DNA of 64,000 bases from Bacteroidales bacterium (GTDB taxonomy: Bacteria > Bacteroidota > Bacteroidia > Bacteroidales > VadinHA17): contig JARKQN010000022.1 of NCBI GenBank assembly GCA_029974835.1, positions 699 through 64,698 on the forward strand. Reading direction: 5' to 3'. Numbering within the stretch: position 1 is the stretch's first letter; each line of letters begins with the position of its first letter. Made by a program: the position numbers and the translations under genes. The notes below the pieces were generated by a model that ran no database searches, had not been told where the DNA came from, and was given only the letters and a program-made list of their open reading frames with translations. Positions 19,621-31,530 of this stretch are shown piece by piece.

Positions 19621-21174
19621 ATGAGGAAAAGGACCATAGTTATCCTGGCTCTGTTCTTTTTTGTAACCATAACCGGGCTTACTCTTATCCAGCTGTCGTG
19701 GATAAAAAATGCCATTTCCATAATTGATCAGCAGTTCCGCTACCAGGCCAACAGAGTTCTGGAAAATGTTGTATCTACTCTCGAGGAGAAGGAACTGATA
19801 GAACGTATAATAAATGAAATTGACACAATAACAATTTCATCCGACGAAACTGTTCTTGATTTCCCGGCAACCTCCGGAAATATTGACAATACAGGGCTGG
19901 AGACCAGACAGTTTGAGATTCCTTCCACCGACAGAACGGAGAGTCCGGTTACCATTACAAGAAGAGGCAGGCAGATAATCATATCATCAGAAAATGACAA
20001 TTCCTATCCGGTCGAAGATTCTCCCGATACAGGAATTGAAACGGGCTCATCGGGTATCAGAAGAAGAATCACCAATAAGCTCGTATCCATTGAAGCAATA
20101 ATGGAAAGAATCTTTACCGAAATACCCGATATCAGGCAAAGGGTGAATACTTCCATGATAAGCTCGGTTATCGATGAATCCCTGAGAAATGCCGGCATCC
20201 CGCTTGATTACGAATTTGCCGTGACTTCCGGGCGTTACGGGTTAATTTCAAGAACCCCAGGATACAGCGATATTCCCGGAACAAACCGTTTTATGAGACA
20301 GCTCTTCCCGAACGACCCTGTTCCGGGCCAGAACCTTATTATAATGTATTTCCCGCGTGAAAAACAGTATAAATTCCGGCAGATAGAATTGCTGGGGGTT
20401 ATGTCGGTTTTTTTTACCCTTATGCTCCTGCTCCTCGCCACCGGAACTTTTATTGTGATCTTCCGCCAGAAAAAACTCTCTGAAATCAGGAGCGACTTTA
20501 TTCACAACATGACCCACGAACTTAAAACACCCATCTCAACAATTTCGCTGGCGGCACAGATGCTTGCTGACAAAACCATCAGCGACAACAAAAAGAATAT
20601 CGACGACCTGGCAAGAGTGGTGGCAGATGAAAGCATGAGACTCAGATATCATGTTGAAAAAGTGCTGCAGACTGCAATTTTTGAGAGGGTTAAGTTAAAA
20701 CTTAATCTTGCCGAAACAGATGTCCACTCGCTGCTGAACAAGGCTATTGAAGGTTTCAGCCTTCAGATACAGGCAGTAAACGGGAAAATAACACGCGACT
20801 TTCAGGCCAAGGATCCCGTCATTAAAATTGATGAAATACATTTCCTTAATGCAATATCCAACCTCCTCGACAATGCCATAAAATACTCAAAAGACAATAT
20901 TGACATAACAGTCGCAACCCGTTCTGCCAGGCAAAATCTCCATATTTCAGTTGAAGACAGAGGTATCGGCATTTCCAGGGAAAACATGAAGAGAATATTT
21001 GAGAAATTCTACAGGGTGCCGACAGGAGATATTCACAATGTAAAAGGTTTTGGCCTTGGCCTGAGTTACGTAAAGAAAGTGATTGAGGATCACAACGGGA
21101 AAATAAAGGTTGAAAGCCAGCCGGGAAAAGGAACAAAATTTACAGTCATAATACCTAAAATAAGTAAGCCATGA
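19621..21174 (+). CDS. rprX: Sensor histidine kinase RprX-like
   Basis: Two TM helices, [10 protein letters not shown]-box, [37 protein letters not shown]. Confidence 0.85.
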   Translation: MRKRTIVILALFFFVTITGLTLIQLSWIKNAISIIDQQFRYQANRVLENVVSTLEEKELIERIINEIDTITISSDETVLDFPATSGNIDNTGLETRQFEIPSTDRTESPVTITRRGRQIIISSENDNSYPVEDSPDTGIETGSSGIRRRITNKLVSIEAIMERIFTEIPDIRQRVNTSMISSVIDESLRNAGIPLDYEFAVTSGRYGLISRTPGYSDIPGTNRFMRQLFPNDPVPGQNLIIMYFPREKQYKFRQIELLGVMSVFFTLMLLLLATGTFIVIFRQKKLSEIRSDFIHNMTHELKTPISTISLAAQMLADKTISDNKKNIDDLARVVADESMRLRYHVEKVLQTAIFERVKLKLNLAETDVHSLLNKAIEGFSLQIQAVNGKITRDFQAKDPVIKIDEIHFLNAISNLLDNAIKYSKDNIDITVATRSARQNLHISVEDRGIGISRENMKRIFEKFYRVPTGDIHNVKGFGLGLSYVKKVIEDHNGKIKVESQPGKGTKFTVIIPKISKP

Positions 21175-21860
21175 AAACAAAAAGGATTCTGCTTGCGGAG
21201 GATGACAGGAACCTGGGCGCACTGCTTAGCAACTACCTGAATATGAAACACTTTGAGACAACACTTTGTTCCAACGGCAAAGAGGCGCTTGAGGTATTCC
21301 GGAAAGATGCATTCGACCTCTGCATTCTTGATATCATGATGCCTGAAATTGACGGCATCACCCTGGCACGCGAACTCAGAAAAATTCAACCCGACATTCC
21401 GATAATTTTCCTGACTGCCAAGAATCTGAAAGAAGATGTCATTGAAGGCTTTAAGTCGGGTGCTGATGATTACATCACAAAGCCTTTTTCTATGGACGAG
21501 CTGATTTACCGCATAGAAGCGATACTGAGAAGGATTATTGAAAAGAAAGAATACAGGAAGGAAGATGAATACATAATCGGGGCTTACAGGTTCGATACCG
21601 TGAAACAGATACTTACCATCGGCAATGAATCAATGCAGCTTACCACTAAGGAATCAGAGCTTCTTGAACTCTTGTGCAGGCACAGGAATGAAATCCTTGA
21701 AAGAAATTACGCCCTGAGGACAATATGGATTGATGACAATTATTTCAATGCGAGAAGCATGGACGTCTATATTACCAAACTGCGCAAATACCTGAAAAAA
21801 GATCCGTCGGTAAAAATTCTAAATGTGCACGGAAAAGGCTACAAGCTTCTTGCAGAATAA
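21171..21860 (+). CDS. rprY: OmpR-family response regulator RprY-like
   Basis: Receiver domain (LAEDD, DIMMP, FLTAK, KPFS) and winged HTH ([21 protein letters not shown]). Confidence 0.88.
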   Translation: MKTKRILLAEDDRNLGALLSNYLNMKHFETTLCSNGKEALEVFRKDAFDLCILDIMMPEIDGITLARELRKIQPDIPIIFLTAKNLKEDVIEGFKSGADDYITKPFSMDELIYRIEAILRRIIEKKEYRKEDEYIIGAYRFDTVKQILTIGNESMQLTTKESELLELLCRHRNEILERNYALRTIWIDDNYFNARSMDVYITKLRKYLKKDPSVKILNVHGKGYKLLAE

Positions 21861-21940
21861 ATAACCCCGGCGTTCGTGCCAGGGCATATTTATTAAGGTT
21901 AGGTTGAAGGGTTAAATTCTTATTTTATTCCGGATTTAAC
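21857..21940 (-). ncRNA. Putative small RNA (RNA-2) or long lepA 3' UTR, complementary to sRNA-1
   Basis: Minus-strand terminator CCCTGGC-ACGAAC-GCCGGGG-TTATTTATT; contains UAACCCU-UC-AACCUAACCU; weak sigma54-like TGGCGTACTTTTTAAA at 21957-21942. Confidence 0.4.
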
Positions 21941-22026
21941 CTTTAAAAAGTACGCCAAGGTATCAAAAAAAAATTATCCTGCAAATATTTCGGGCCTGAA
22001 TAGAAAAAGTCTTTTCTTATTTTGAT

Positions 22027-23814
22027 TTATTCCAGTTTAAGTACTGCCAGAAAGGCCTGCTGTGGCACCTGAACGTTCCCGACCTGTCTCATTCTCTTCT
22101 TGCCTTTTTTCTGCTTTTCAAGAAGCTTTCTCTTCCTTGTTATATCCCCGCCGTAACATTTGGCTGTCACATCCTTCCGCACTGCCTTAACCGTTTCCCT
22201 CGCTATTATTTTTGCCCCGATGGCAGCCTGTATGGCAATCTCGAACTGCTGCCGCGGGATAAGCTCCTTCAGTTTAACGCACATCTTGCGGCCAAAGTCG
22301 TATGCATGACTTCTGTGAATTAGCGTTGAGAGGGCATCGACCATTTCACCGTTCAGCAGTATATCGAGCCTTACAAGGTCGGCCTCCTTAAATGCTGTAT
22401 AGTAATAATCGAATGAGGCATAACCTTTTGAGATGCTCTTGAGTTTATCGTAGAAATCGAAAACTATCTCGGCGAGAGGCATCTCAAATGTTATCTCAAC
22501 ACGGTCGCGGGTCAGGTAAACCTGGTTTCGCAGTGTTCCCCTTTTATCTATGCACAGTTTCATTATTGAACCGACATAATCAACATGAGTGATGACCTGG
22601 GCAATGATATAGGGTTCCTCAATACGGTCGATCATTGTAACGGGTGGAAGACCTGACGGGTTATGCACCTCCATTTCCTCCCCTTTCTTTGTATACACCC
22701 GGTACGAAACGTTTGGCACGGTTGTGATTACATCCATGTCGAATTCGCGGTCGAGCCTTTCCTGTATAATCTCCATATGGAGCAGCCCAAGGAAGCCGCA
22801 TCTGAAACCGAATCCGAGGGCGGCTGACGATTCCGGCACAAATGAGAGGGCAGCGTCATTGAGTTGCAGCTTCTCTATCGAAGATTTAAGATCTTCATAG
22901 TCATCGGCATCAACAGGGTATATGCCGGCGAATACCATCGGCTTCACTTCCTCAAAACCTGAAATTGCTTCGCTGCATGGGTTATCGACGTGCGTAATAG
23001 TATCGCCTACCCTTACCTCGGAAGACTCCTTGATGCCTGAAATTATGTACCCCACATCGCCTGTCCCGAGAAACTGGCGAGGCTGCAGTTTTAGTTTCAG
23101 TACTCCGACTTCGTCGGCATCATATTCCCTTCCTGTACTGAAGAATTTGACATGGTCTCCCGTCCGTATTGAACCGTTTACGATCTTAAAATATGCGATA
23201 ATCCCCCTGAAGGGATTGAAAACTGAATCAAAAATAAGGGCCTGGAGCGGGGCCTCGGGGGATCCGGAAGGAGGCGGTATTTTTGTAACGATACGTTTCA
23301 GAATCTCATCAACGCCCATTCCTGTTTTTGCGCTTGCCTCAATTATGTCTTCTCTCCTGCATCCTGTAAGATCAACTATCTGATCCTTAACTTCCTCAGG
23401 CATGGCATTAGCCATGTCCATCTTGTTGAGAACGGGAATTATCTCAAGGTCATGTTCAAGTGCCATGTAAAGGTTTGAGATAGTCTGGGCCTGTATTCCC
23501 TGTGTGGCATCAATCACCAGCAGGGCTCCCTCGCATGCTGCTATGGAGCGTGACACTTCATAGGAGAAATCCACATGCCCGGGAGTGTCAATAAGATTCA
23601 GAATGTATAATGTACCTTCATGGAGGTATTCCATCTGAATTGCATGACTCTTGATTGTGATGCCCCTCTCCTTTTCAAGGTCCATGTTGTCGAGCACCTG
23701 GTCGTGAAATTCCCTTTCTGAAAGTGTTTTCGTTTTTTCAAGAAGGCGGTCGGCCAGGGTGCTTTTACCATGGTCGATATGGGCAATAATGCAGAAGTTA
23801 CGGATGTTTTTCAT
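22027..23814 (-). CDS. lepA: Elongation factor 4 (LepA)
   Basis: [52 protein letters not shown]; -7 element TATATTTG at 23841-23848. Confidence 0.97.
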   Translation of the reverse strand: MKNIRNFCIIAHIDHGKSTLADRLLEKTKTLSEREFHDQVLDNMDLEKERGITIKSHAIQMEYLHEGTLYILNLIDTPGHVDFSYEVSRSIAACEGALLVIDATQGIQAQTISNLYMALEHDLEIIPVLNKMDMANAMPEEVKDQIVDLTGCRREDIIEASAKTGMGVDEILKRIVTKIPPPSGSPEAPLQALIFDSVFNPFRGIIAYFKIVNGSIRTGDHVKFFSTGREYDADEVGVLKLKLQPRQFLGTGDVGYIISGIKESSEVRVGDTITHVDNPCSEAISGFEEVKPMVFAGIYPVDADDYEDLKSSIEKLQLNDAALSFVPESSAALGFGFRCGFLGLLHMEIIQERLDREFDMDVITTVPNVSYRVYTKKGEEMEVHNPSGLPPVTMIDRIEEPYIIAQVITHVDYVGSIMKLCIDKRGTLRNQVYLTRDRVEITFEMPLAEIVFDFYDKLKSISKGYASFDYYYTAFKEADLVRLDILLNGEMVDALSTLIHRSHAYDFGRKMCVKLKELIPRQQFEIAIQAAIGAKIIARETVKAVRKDVTAKCYGGDITRKRKLLEKQKKGKKRMRQVGNVQVPQQAFLAVLKLE

Positions 23815-23877
23815 TGCCGGAGCCCGGAATCAGTTCGCCGCAAATATAAGAAAATATAAGCAGAGGGGTAAAATGAA

Positions 23878-23904
23878 AGCCCCCGTATAAATTTTACGGG
23901 GGCT
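23878..23904 (-). terminator. groEL terminator
   Basis: Perfect 10 bp stem AGCCCCCGTA/TACGGGGGCT, then TTCATTTT on the minus strand. Confidence 0.75.
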
Positions 23905-23932
23905 AAGGAAGTATAGGATGTCGGTTCTGATA

Positions 23933-25579
<1,647 letters not shown>

Positions 25580-25598
25580 TTAAATTAGTTTAATTGAT

Positions 25599-25889
25599 TT
25601 ACTGGATAAACAGAATGTCGGACTGCGAAAGAAGGAGATACTCTTCACCGTCGATGGTAAGTTCCTGACCGGAATATTTTCCGTAGAGTACCACATCACC
25701 TTTTTTAACTTCCATTTCTTCGTCCTTTTTGGGAGCTCCTATCAGAACTACCGTTCCCTGGCGCGGTTTTTCCTTTGCCGAATCGGGAATAATAATACCA
25801 CTGGCAGTCTTTGTCTCTGCTTCATGAGGTTTAACAAGAACCTTTCCTGCCAGAATCTTTCCTTTTACTTGTGCATTCTTTTGTGCCAT
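25599..25889 (-). CDS. groES: Co-chaperonin GroES
   Basis: TASGIIIPDSAKEKP mobile loop, VLYGKYSG; directly upstream of groEL. Confidence 0.95.
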   Translation of the reverse strand: MAQKNAQVKGKILAGKVLVKPHEAETKTASGIIIPDSAKEKPRQGTVVLIGAPKKDEEMEVKKGDVVLYGKYSGQELTIDGEEYLLLSQSDILFIQ

Positions 25890-25934
25890 GTTTATAAGTG
25901 TTTTAGGTTCAACATCAAATTTGCATTCCTAATC

Positions 25935-25950
25935 TGCATATTATATGCCA
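25935..25950 (-). promoter_or_regulatory. Sigma54-type promoter for groESL (TGGCATATAATATGCA)
   Basis: GG and GC at the canonical -24/-12 spacing, 45 nt before the groES ATG. Confidence 0.55.
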
Positions 25951-26069
25951 AAGGTGAAATAGTGCCATTTTGCTATTTTTTTATCCGATCCTGATCCCTG
26001 CAAGGTGCCAAAATTGTCTGACAAAAAATATCTGTTCTTGTAATAATCTTATTATCAATGTATTAAATA

Positions 26070-26104
26070 GAAATAAAAAATGTCAGTTCATGACAAACTG
26101 ACAT
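26070..26104 (-). terminator. secG terminator
   Basis: ATGTCAGTT/AACTGACAT 9 bp stem followed by TTTTTATTT on the minus strand. Confidence 0.6.
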
Positions 26105-26145
26105 ACAGGTATGCCCCCTGGGCCGTATAAAATATAATTGAGTGT

Positions 26146-26511
26146 TTATTTCTGCGGCTGCTGTGGCTGTGGCTGCTGCTGGCCTTCCTGTGCGGGAACA
26201 GATGAAGGCAGCGTTGGTATAGCGTTCGGGTCGATGGCGTTCTGTATCTGGTTTTCTATTCTTGAACGCTGTGTTCCGCTTCCCCTCGGGATAGCAGCTG
26301 TGGCAACAAGCGAAAGCACGAGAATCGAAACAGCAATGGTCCAGGTTGATTTCTCAAGGAAATCGGCAGTTTTCCGTATCCCCATCGACTGTCCGGTTGA
26401 TGTGAGGTTTGCAGCAAGTCCGCCGCCCTTGGAATTCTGAACCAGCACTATCATAATCTGAAGAACGCAGGCGATTATGATCAGCACGGAAATAAATATA
26501 TAGATGCCCAT
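26146..26511 (-). CDS. secG: Preprotein translocase subunit SecG
   Basis: VLVQNSKGGGL and TADFLEKSTW, two TM helices. Confidence 0.93.
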   Translation of the reverse strand: MGIYIFISVLIIIACVLQIMIVLVQNSKGGGLAANLTSTGQSMGIRKTADFLEKSTWTIAVSILVLSLVATAAIPRGSGTQRSRIENQIQNAIDPNAIPTLPSSVPAQEGQQQPQPQQPQK

Positions 26512-26515
26512 GATC

Positions 26516-27454
26516 TTATTTTATTAATTTTTTTACTTCTTCAATTTGAGCCGCAAAGTAACTGCTTTTTTCCGGAAATTTCAAACTTAATTTTTCATAA
26601 ATCTCTATCGCCCTGCTGAAATATCCCTGGCTGACATAAATTTTTGCGAGTGTTTCCGATACGAATCGGCCCCTTTCTTCAGTAAATGATTCTGAGAGGT
26701 CTGTAACAGGTGCAGGATCATCCTTTTTGTCCCGCACGGTTTCTATACGCGGGTTGGCAGCAATAAATATCTCTATAAGTTCAGTCTGAATTATCTTCCT
26801 TCTGACCGGATCGGGTGCCTTTACAGCCGGTATTTCCGTTTCATCTGCCGCATCCGTAACCGGACTGATTTCTTCATCGGGCGAAAGCTCAAGCAGGTCA
26901 GTAACAGGTTCGGCGTTTATTGAAGGATCCATATAAAATACTGTCTCTTCGCTTCTTGTTTCACCGTCGTCGGATACTATTGTTATGCTGGCGGAATTAT
27001 CAATTTCTGAATCGGTGGTGAGGTAAATGGTTGTTACTTCCTGCAGGTTTCCCTCTGTTGCCGGTTTCCGGGATGTTTCTTTCTCCAGCATTTTAATTAT
27101 CTCCTCGCTGTTTCTTCCTGAATCGATAACGACCTGGAGATTTTCATCCGGTTCACTCTTGATCTCTGCGGCCATTACAGGTTCTGAGCCTTGGTTCATG
27201 TCAACCGTCCGGCCCTGAACATCAACGGGGTGAAGCAGGTAATAAAGAACCTCACGGTTTGCAATACTTAAAGCTGACTGCCGGAGCTGATTCTCAAACC
27301 TGACGTCACCGGTTTGTTTCATTCCTTTCAGGAGAAGAAGGTGGGCACTCTGGAACCATGGGTAAATTGACGCCAGTTCCTTCAGCGCCGGCATAATTTC
27401 CGCAGAAATTCCTGAAGGGTCATGCATAAGCCCGATGAATTCAGCCCTGTTCAT
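26516..27454 (-). CDS. Conserved Bacteroidota protein with TPR-like C-terminus
   Basis: YPWFQSAHLL at the N-terminus, SETLAKIY..LKFPEKSSYFA at the C-terminus, acidic linker between. Confidence 0.8.
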   Translation of the reverse strand: MNRAEFIGLMHDPSGISAEIMPALKELASIYPWFQSAHLLLLKGMKQTGDVRFENQLRQSALSIANREVLYYLLHPVDVQGRTVDMNQGSEPVMAAEIKSEPDENLQVVIDSGRNSEEIIKMLEKETSRKPATEGNLQEVTTIYLTTDSEIDNSASITIVSDDGETRSEETVFYMDPSINAEPVTDLLELSPDEEISPVTDAADETEIPAVKAPDPVRRKIIQTELIEIFIAANPRIETVRDKKDDPAPVTDLSESFTEERGRFVSETLAKIYVSQGYFSRAIEIYEKLSLKFPEKSSYFAAQIEEVKKLIK

Positions 27455-27460
27455 CTCTTA

Positions 27461-27991
27461 TCACCAGTTAACAAATGCCGCATTGAAGATATCTTCGACG
27501 AGCAGTTCAATTATTTTATCGGAAAGACCTTTCTCCACATCACTCAGGTTCAGCCGGCTGTCGTAATCCTCGTACCTCGTAAATGTTTTTTCGTAACTAT
27601 ACTGAGGCTCAACGGTATTGGTAAATTTTACTTTCACGCTGATGGTAAACCTGTTCATGGCCGCCCTCGAATCGGCGGCAACAGTAAGAGGACGTGTACT
27701 GTAATCCGTGATTTCTCCCTCAAAATTCACATCGCCGTTCCCGTTTACGAGACTGAGCCGTGTCTGTGCCTTGCATTTATCACTCAGGGCATCTGTAAGC
27801 GACTGACTCAGTCCGGGCTGAACAAGGGCTGCACGGTTCTGAAAGTACTGCACACTCAGGGTTTTTACCTGGGGTGAAATACTTGCGCCTGAGAAAGAGT
27901 ATGATATTTTGCAGCTCTGGAAAAGAACTCCTTCCAGTATGATCATAAAAAGAATCAGCCTGAATACATTATTATTATGTGCCGATGCCAT
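27461..27991 (-). CDS. lptE: LPS assembly lipoprotein LptE family
   Basis: Lipobox FQSC, YSFSGASI, EGEITDY, DIFNAAFVNW; start uncertain. Confidence 0.8.
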   Translation of the reverse strand: MASAHNNNVFRLILFMIILEGVLFQSCKISYSFSGASISPQVKTLSVQYFQNRAALVQPGLSQSLTDALSDKCKAQTRLSLVNGNGDVNFEGEITDYSTRPLTVAADSRAAMNRFTISVKVKFTNTVEPQYSYEKTFTRYEDYDSRLNLSDVEKGLSDKIIELLVEDIFNAAFVNW

Positions 27992-29216
27992 ATTCCTTAA
28001 TTTTCCGGTATAGGGTACGTTCGGAGATGCCGAGTTCCTTTGCCGCATATTTGCGTTTGTTGTTGTGCTTTTCCAGCGCTTTCTTAATCAGTTCTATTTC
28101 TTTGTCGGAGAGAGAGAGCGATTCCTCAACTATCTCTTCAGTGTCCTCAATATCTGCTATCTTATGTTCCGGATTGAAGGCGACCACCGGTTCGGCACCG
28201 TCTGCCCGGGTTTTTCTTCCTAACCCTGCATCGCCGAACAGGTTCCTGATCGCTCCGGTGTTTTCTTCTGCAAATGACACGTCACCCCCTTTCTCGATGA
28301 TACCAAGGACGAGTTTCTTGAGGTCGTTCATATCGCTTTTCATGTCGAAAAGAATCTTATACAATATCTCCCTTTCCGAGGCGAAAGATTTTTCTTCCGG
28401 GCGGCTCAGCACTGCAGGCAGCTTTACTGTGGTATAGTCAGGCAGATAACGCCGCAGAATTTCATCCGTTATCTCCCTTTCATTTTCGATGACGGAAATC
28501 TGTTCTGTAATATTTTTCAGCTGTCTTACATTGCCGGGCCATTCATAATTAAGAAGCATTTGCTGGGCTTCCGGGGTAAGCCTTATGGAAGGCATTCTGT
28601 AGCGCTCGGCAAAATCGGAAGCAAACTTCCTGAAAAGAAGAATAATATCCTCGCCCCTTTCGCGGAGAGGAGGTATCCTGACAGGTACGGTGTTCAGCCT
28701 GTAAAAAAGGTCTTCTCTGAACCTGCCTTCGGCAATAACAGAGGGTATCTCAACATTGCTCGCGGCAATAACCCTTACATTTGTTTTCTGAACCTTTGAC
28801 GACCCCACCCTGATAAACTCACCAGTCTCAAGGACTCTCAGAAGCCTGACCTGTGTTGAAAGGGGAAGCTCCGCCACCTCGTCAAGAAAGATTGTACCAC
28901 CGTCGGCCACTTCAAAATAGCCTTTCCTGCTGTCGGTGGCTCCGGTAAAAGATCCCTTCTCGTGTCCGAACAGCTCTGAATCGATTGTACCCTCCGGTAT
29001 GGCTCCGCAGTTAACGGGGATATACTGCCCGTGTTTCCTGGTGCTGAAATTGTGAATAACCTGGGGAAATATCTCTTTGCCTGTTCCGCTTTCTCCTGTG
29101 ATAAGTACCGACAAATCAGTCGGAGCAACCTGGACTGCAATATCAATGGCTCGGTTAAGGCCGGGATGGTTACCAATAATTCCGAATCTCTGCTTGATGC
29201 TTTGCAGGTCTTTCAT
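27975..29216 (-). CDS. Sigma54-dependent enhancer-binding protein (AAA+ plus Fis HTH), no N-terminal sensor domain
   Basis: GESGTGKE, GHEKGSFTGA, FLDEV, FREDLFYRL, WPGNVRQL, AAKELGISERTLYRK; -7 element TAAATTTG at 29235-29242. Confidence 0.92.
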   Translation of the reverse strand: MKDLQSIKQRFGIIGNHPGLNRAIDIAVQVAPTDLSVLITGESGTGKEIFPQVIHNFSTRKHGQYIPVNCGAIPEGTIDSELFGHEKGSFTGATDSRKGYFEVADGGTIFLDEVAELPLSTQVRLLRVLETGEFIRVGSSKVQKTNVRVIAASNVEIPSVIAEGRFREDLFYRLNTVPVRIPPLRERGEDIILLFRKFASDFAERYRMPSIRLTPEAQQMLLNYEWPGNVRQLKNITEQISVIENEREITDEILRRYLPDYTTVKLPAVLSRPEEKSFASEREILYKILFDMKSDMNDLKKLVLGIIEKGGDVSFAEENTGAIRNLFGDAGLGRKTRADGAEPVVAFNPEHKIADIEDTEEIVEESLSLSDKEIELIKKALEKHNNKRKYAAKELGISERTLYRKIKEYGIGT

Positions 29217-29289
29217 GCCAAATAGAATAATTTGCAAATTTACTGAAATTTTGGCATACCGGGAAATCCATTTTTCTTAAATTTACCCC

Positions 29290-30066
29290 ATGACTGACAC
29301 CACCGGAAAACGTATCACCGGCATTATACCTGCCCGTTACGGCTCAACAAGATTCCCTGGCAAACCGCTGGCAAAACTTGGAGACCGTATCCTTATTCAG
29401 CATGTTTTTGAGAAATCCTCAGTTGCTCTGAGTGAGACCTATGTTGCCACCGATGACCCACGCATCTTTGATGCGGTAGTCTCTTTCGGGGGCAGAGCCG
29501 TGATGACCTCCTCCCTGCACCCGAGCGGAACCGACAGGTGCGCCGAGGCAGCCGCGGAAATCGAAAAGCTCACGGGAAAAAGCATTGATGTGGTGATAAA
29601 CATACAGGGCGACGAACCTTTTATTAAGCCCGATCAGATAAGGCTGCTGGTATCCGCTTTCAACGACCCTGAAGTTGAAATCGCAACCCTTATACGCGAG
29701 GTGAAACCGGGCGAGGATCTTTCCGATCCCAACCACCCCAAGGTGGTAACCGACCTGAAAGGTAACGCCATATACTTCAGCAGATCGGTAATACCATTCC
29801 TGAGAGACATCAAGGAAAAGGAAAACTGGATTCTGAAACACAGGTATTTCAAACACATAGGCATTTACGGCTACAGGAAAGAAACACTTCTTTCAATAAC
29901 AGGGCTGAAACCTGCTCCCCTCGAAAAAGCTGAGTCGCTCGAACAGAACCGCTGGATAGAAAACGGTTTCAGGATCAGGACCAAAGTTACCGAATGGGAA
30001 AGCATCAGTGTCGACACCCCTGAGGATCTTGCAGCTGCAGCCAGATACCTGGAAATGAACAAATAA
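29290..30066 (+). CDS. kdsB: 3-deoxy-manno-octulosonate cytidylyltransferase
   Basis: IPARYGSTRFPGKPL, SGTDR, NIQGDEP, HIGIYGY, ESLEQNR. Confidence 0.95.
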   Translation: MTDTTGKRITGIIPARYGSTRFPGKPLAKLGDRILIQHVFEKSSVALSETYVATDDPRIFDAVVSFGGRAVMTSSLHPSGTDRCAEAAAEIEKLTGKSIDVVINIQGDEPFIKPDQIRLLVSAFNDPEVEIATLIREVKPGEDLSDPNHPKVVTDLKGNAIYFSRSVIPFLRDIKEKENWILKHRYFKHIGIYGYRKETLLSITGLKPAPLEKAESLEQNRWIENGFRIRTKVTEWESISVDTPEDLAAAARYLEMNK

Positions 30067-30124
30067 GCTGTTTTTCTGTAACTTTTGCACGGTTTTTGCC
30101 GTATAAGAGTTAAAATAGTTTCGC

Positions 30125-30496
30125 ATGAAACATTTTTTACTCTTTTTATTTGGCATTTCCGTGTTTTATCCTCTCTTCCCGCAGAGCGATACCCGGGCAA
30201 CCGGCACAATAGCTGCCGATTTTCGCCAGACAAATGAAGAGCGTCTGAAACTTAATATTTTTCCTGTTCCTTTCAGGGATGGAAATTTCACAATTACAAG
30301 TGACAAGGAAATATCCGCGTTAAGGATTACGAATGTGATAGGACAGGAAGTGTATAAATCCACTTTCGGCATCCCGGTCAATGAAATAAAGGTTTCCGTT
30401 CCAAACGCAGGCAGAGGCATCTATATAATAATTATCGTTTTCAGCGACAATACCAAAGCCGTAAGAAGAATCTCATCCGAAGGAAACTCTTCATGA
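30125..30496 (+). CDS. Small secreted protein consisting mostly of a T9SS type A sorting domain
   Basis: Signal peptide, then LNIFPVP..ITNVIGQEV..GIYII..RRI pattern. Confidence 0.75.
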   Translation: MKHFLLFLFGISVFYPLFPQSDTRATGTIAADFRQTNEERLKLNIFPVPFRDGNFTITSDKEISALRITNVIGQEVYKSTFGIPVNEIKVSVPNAGRGIYIIIIVFSDNTKAVRRISSEGNSS

Positions 30497-30537
30497 AAGC
30501 ACGGCAGGTTATTGCATGCTTTCGCCACCCCTGTTTA

Positions 30538-31530
30538 TCAGTATTGCTGCTTCCCCAGCGAATTAAAATAGGTTTTTTCCTCTTCGAAATCGAGTCCGGG
30601 ATTTATCTCTGTAAGCCTTCCGATCTTTTTTAGGATAGACTCCGCAAAAATTTTCAGCGATTGTGACGAAGGCGAAATAATCCTGTGGTTCCTGGCCCTG
30701 ACTACCTCCAACACTTCCCGGTAAAGTTTATCAGTGTCATCGCTGAAATATGTCTGCCTGAAAATATTAAATACATAATCTGCACCGGCTGCAGACGGAT
30801 GCACCATATCGTCGGCATAAAACCTGTAATCGCGAAGATCGTCCATAAAGATTTCATAGGCGGGGAAATAGCCGGGTGCTGATTGATGCGAAAGAATCTC
30901 CTCTATCGCTAGCGTCAGAACCGACTTGCTTACCTGGTTTGCGTGTGCGCCGTCGGCCAGGTATCTTACCGGGCTCAGTGTAAAAACCGTTTTAAGGCCG
31001 GGATTGAAACTCTTCAGACTGTCCAGAAGAGGCAACCAAAGCCGCGTCACATCCTCAACCTTAAGCATTTCCCTGCTGAAAAGCCCGGAAGGCATCTTGT
31101 GACAGTTTGATACAATCATGCCTGTCTCCTTAAACCTGAAGACAATGGCTGAGCCAAAAGTGACAAACAGGAATTTTGCCTGCCGCAGGAAATCACGTGC
31201 ATTCTCCAGTGACCGGTTAATCACCGAAAGTGCCAGCCCCGGATCGGCTGATGAAAAATCGGTATAGTGGTAAAAACTATGCCAGAGGTTATCGTGGAAG
31301 ACCAGGTCCTTTTCGGTAAAACTCTTTCCCTGAAGCAGAAGATCGATTGAATTGAAAACGGAGACCGGATTAAACATTGTGCCTGCAGGGTTAATCAGGA
31401 CTTTCATTTTTGCTTCTGCCATCCTGCGGCCGGTTTCAACTGCAAAACAAGAACCGGCAAACAGTACCGGGGTAAAATAGGTTATCTTGTCCTGTGAAGG
31501 ATCGGTTTTGACAAGTGTCCGGAGAATCAT
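30538..31530 (-). CDS. GSCFA-domain protein (SGNH-like hydrolase)
   Basis: AGSCFA, NCHK, TLSPVRY, YFPAYEI, DDLRDYRFY, DMVHP. Confidence 0.88.
   Translation of the reverse strand: MILRTLVKTDPSQDKITYFTPVLFAGSCFAVETGRRMAEAKMKVLINPAGTMFNPVSVFNSIDLLLQGKSFTEKDLVFHDNLWHSFYHYTDFSSADPGLALSVINRSLENARDFLRQAKFLFVTFGSAIVFRFKETGMIVSNCHKMPSGLFSREMLKVEDVTRLWLPLLDSLKSFNPGLKTVFTLSPVRYLADGAHANQVSKSVLTLAIEEILSHQSAPGYFPAYEIFMDDLRDYRFYADDMVHPSAAGADYVFNIFRQTYFSDDTDKLYREVLEVVRARNHRIISPSSQSLKIFAESILKKIGRLTEINPGLDFEEEKTYFNSLGKQQY

Noticed and set aside
19352-21914. Invertible DNA segment containing rprXY
   Set aside because: The inverted match is short and split by unequal spacers, and no recombinase is in the window; RNA pairing fits better. 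Long reads would settle it.
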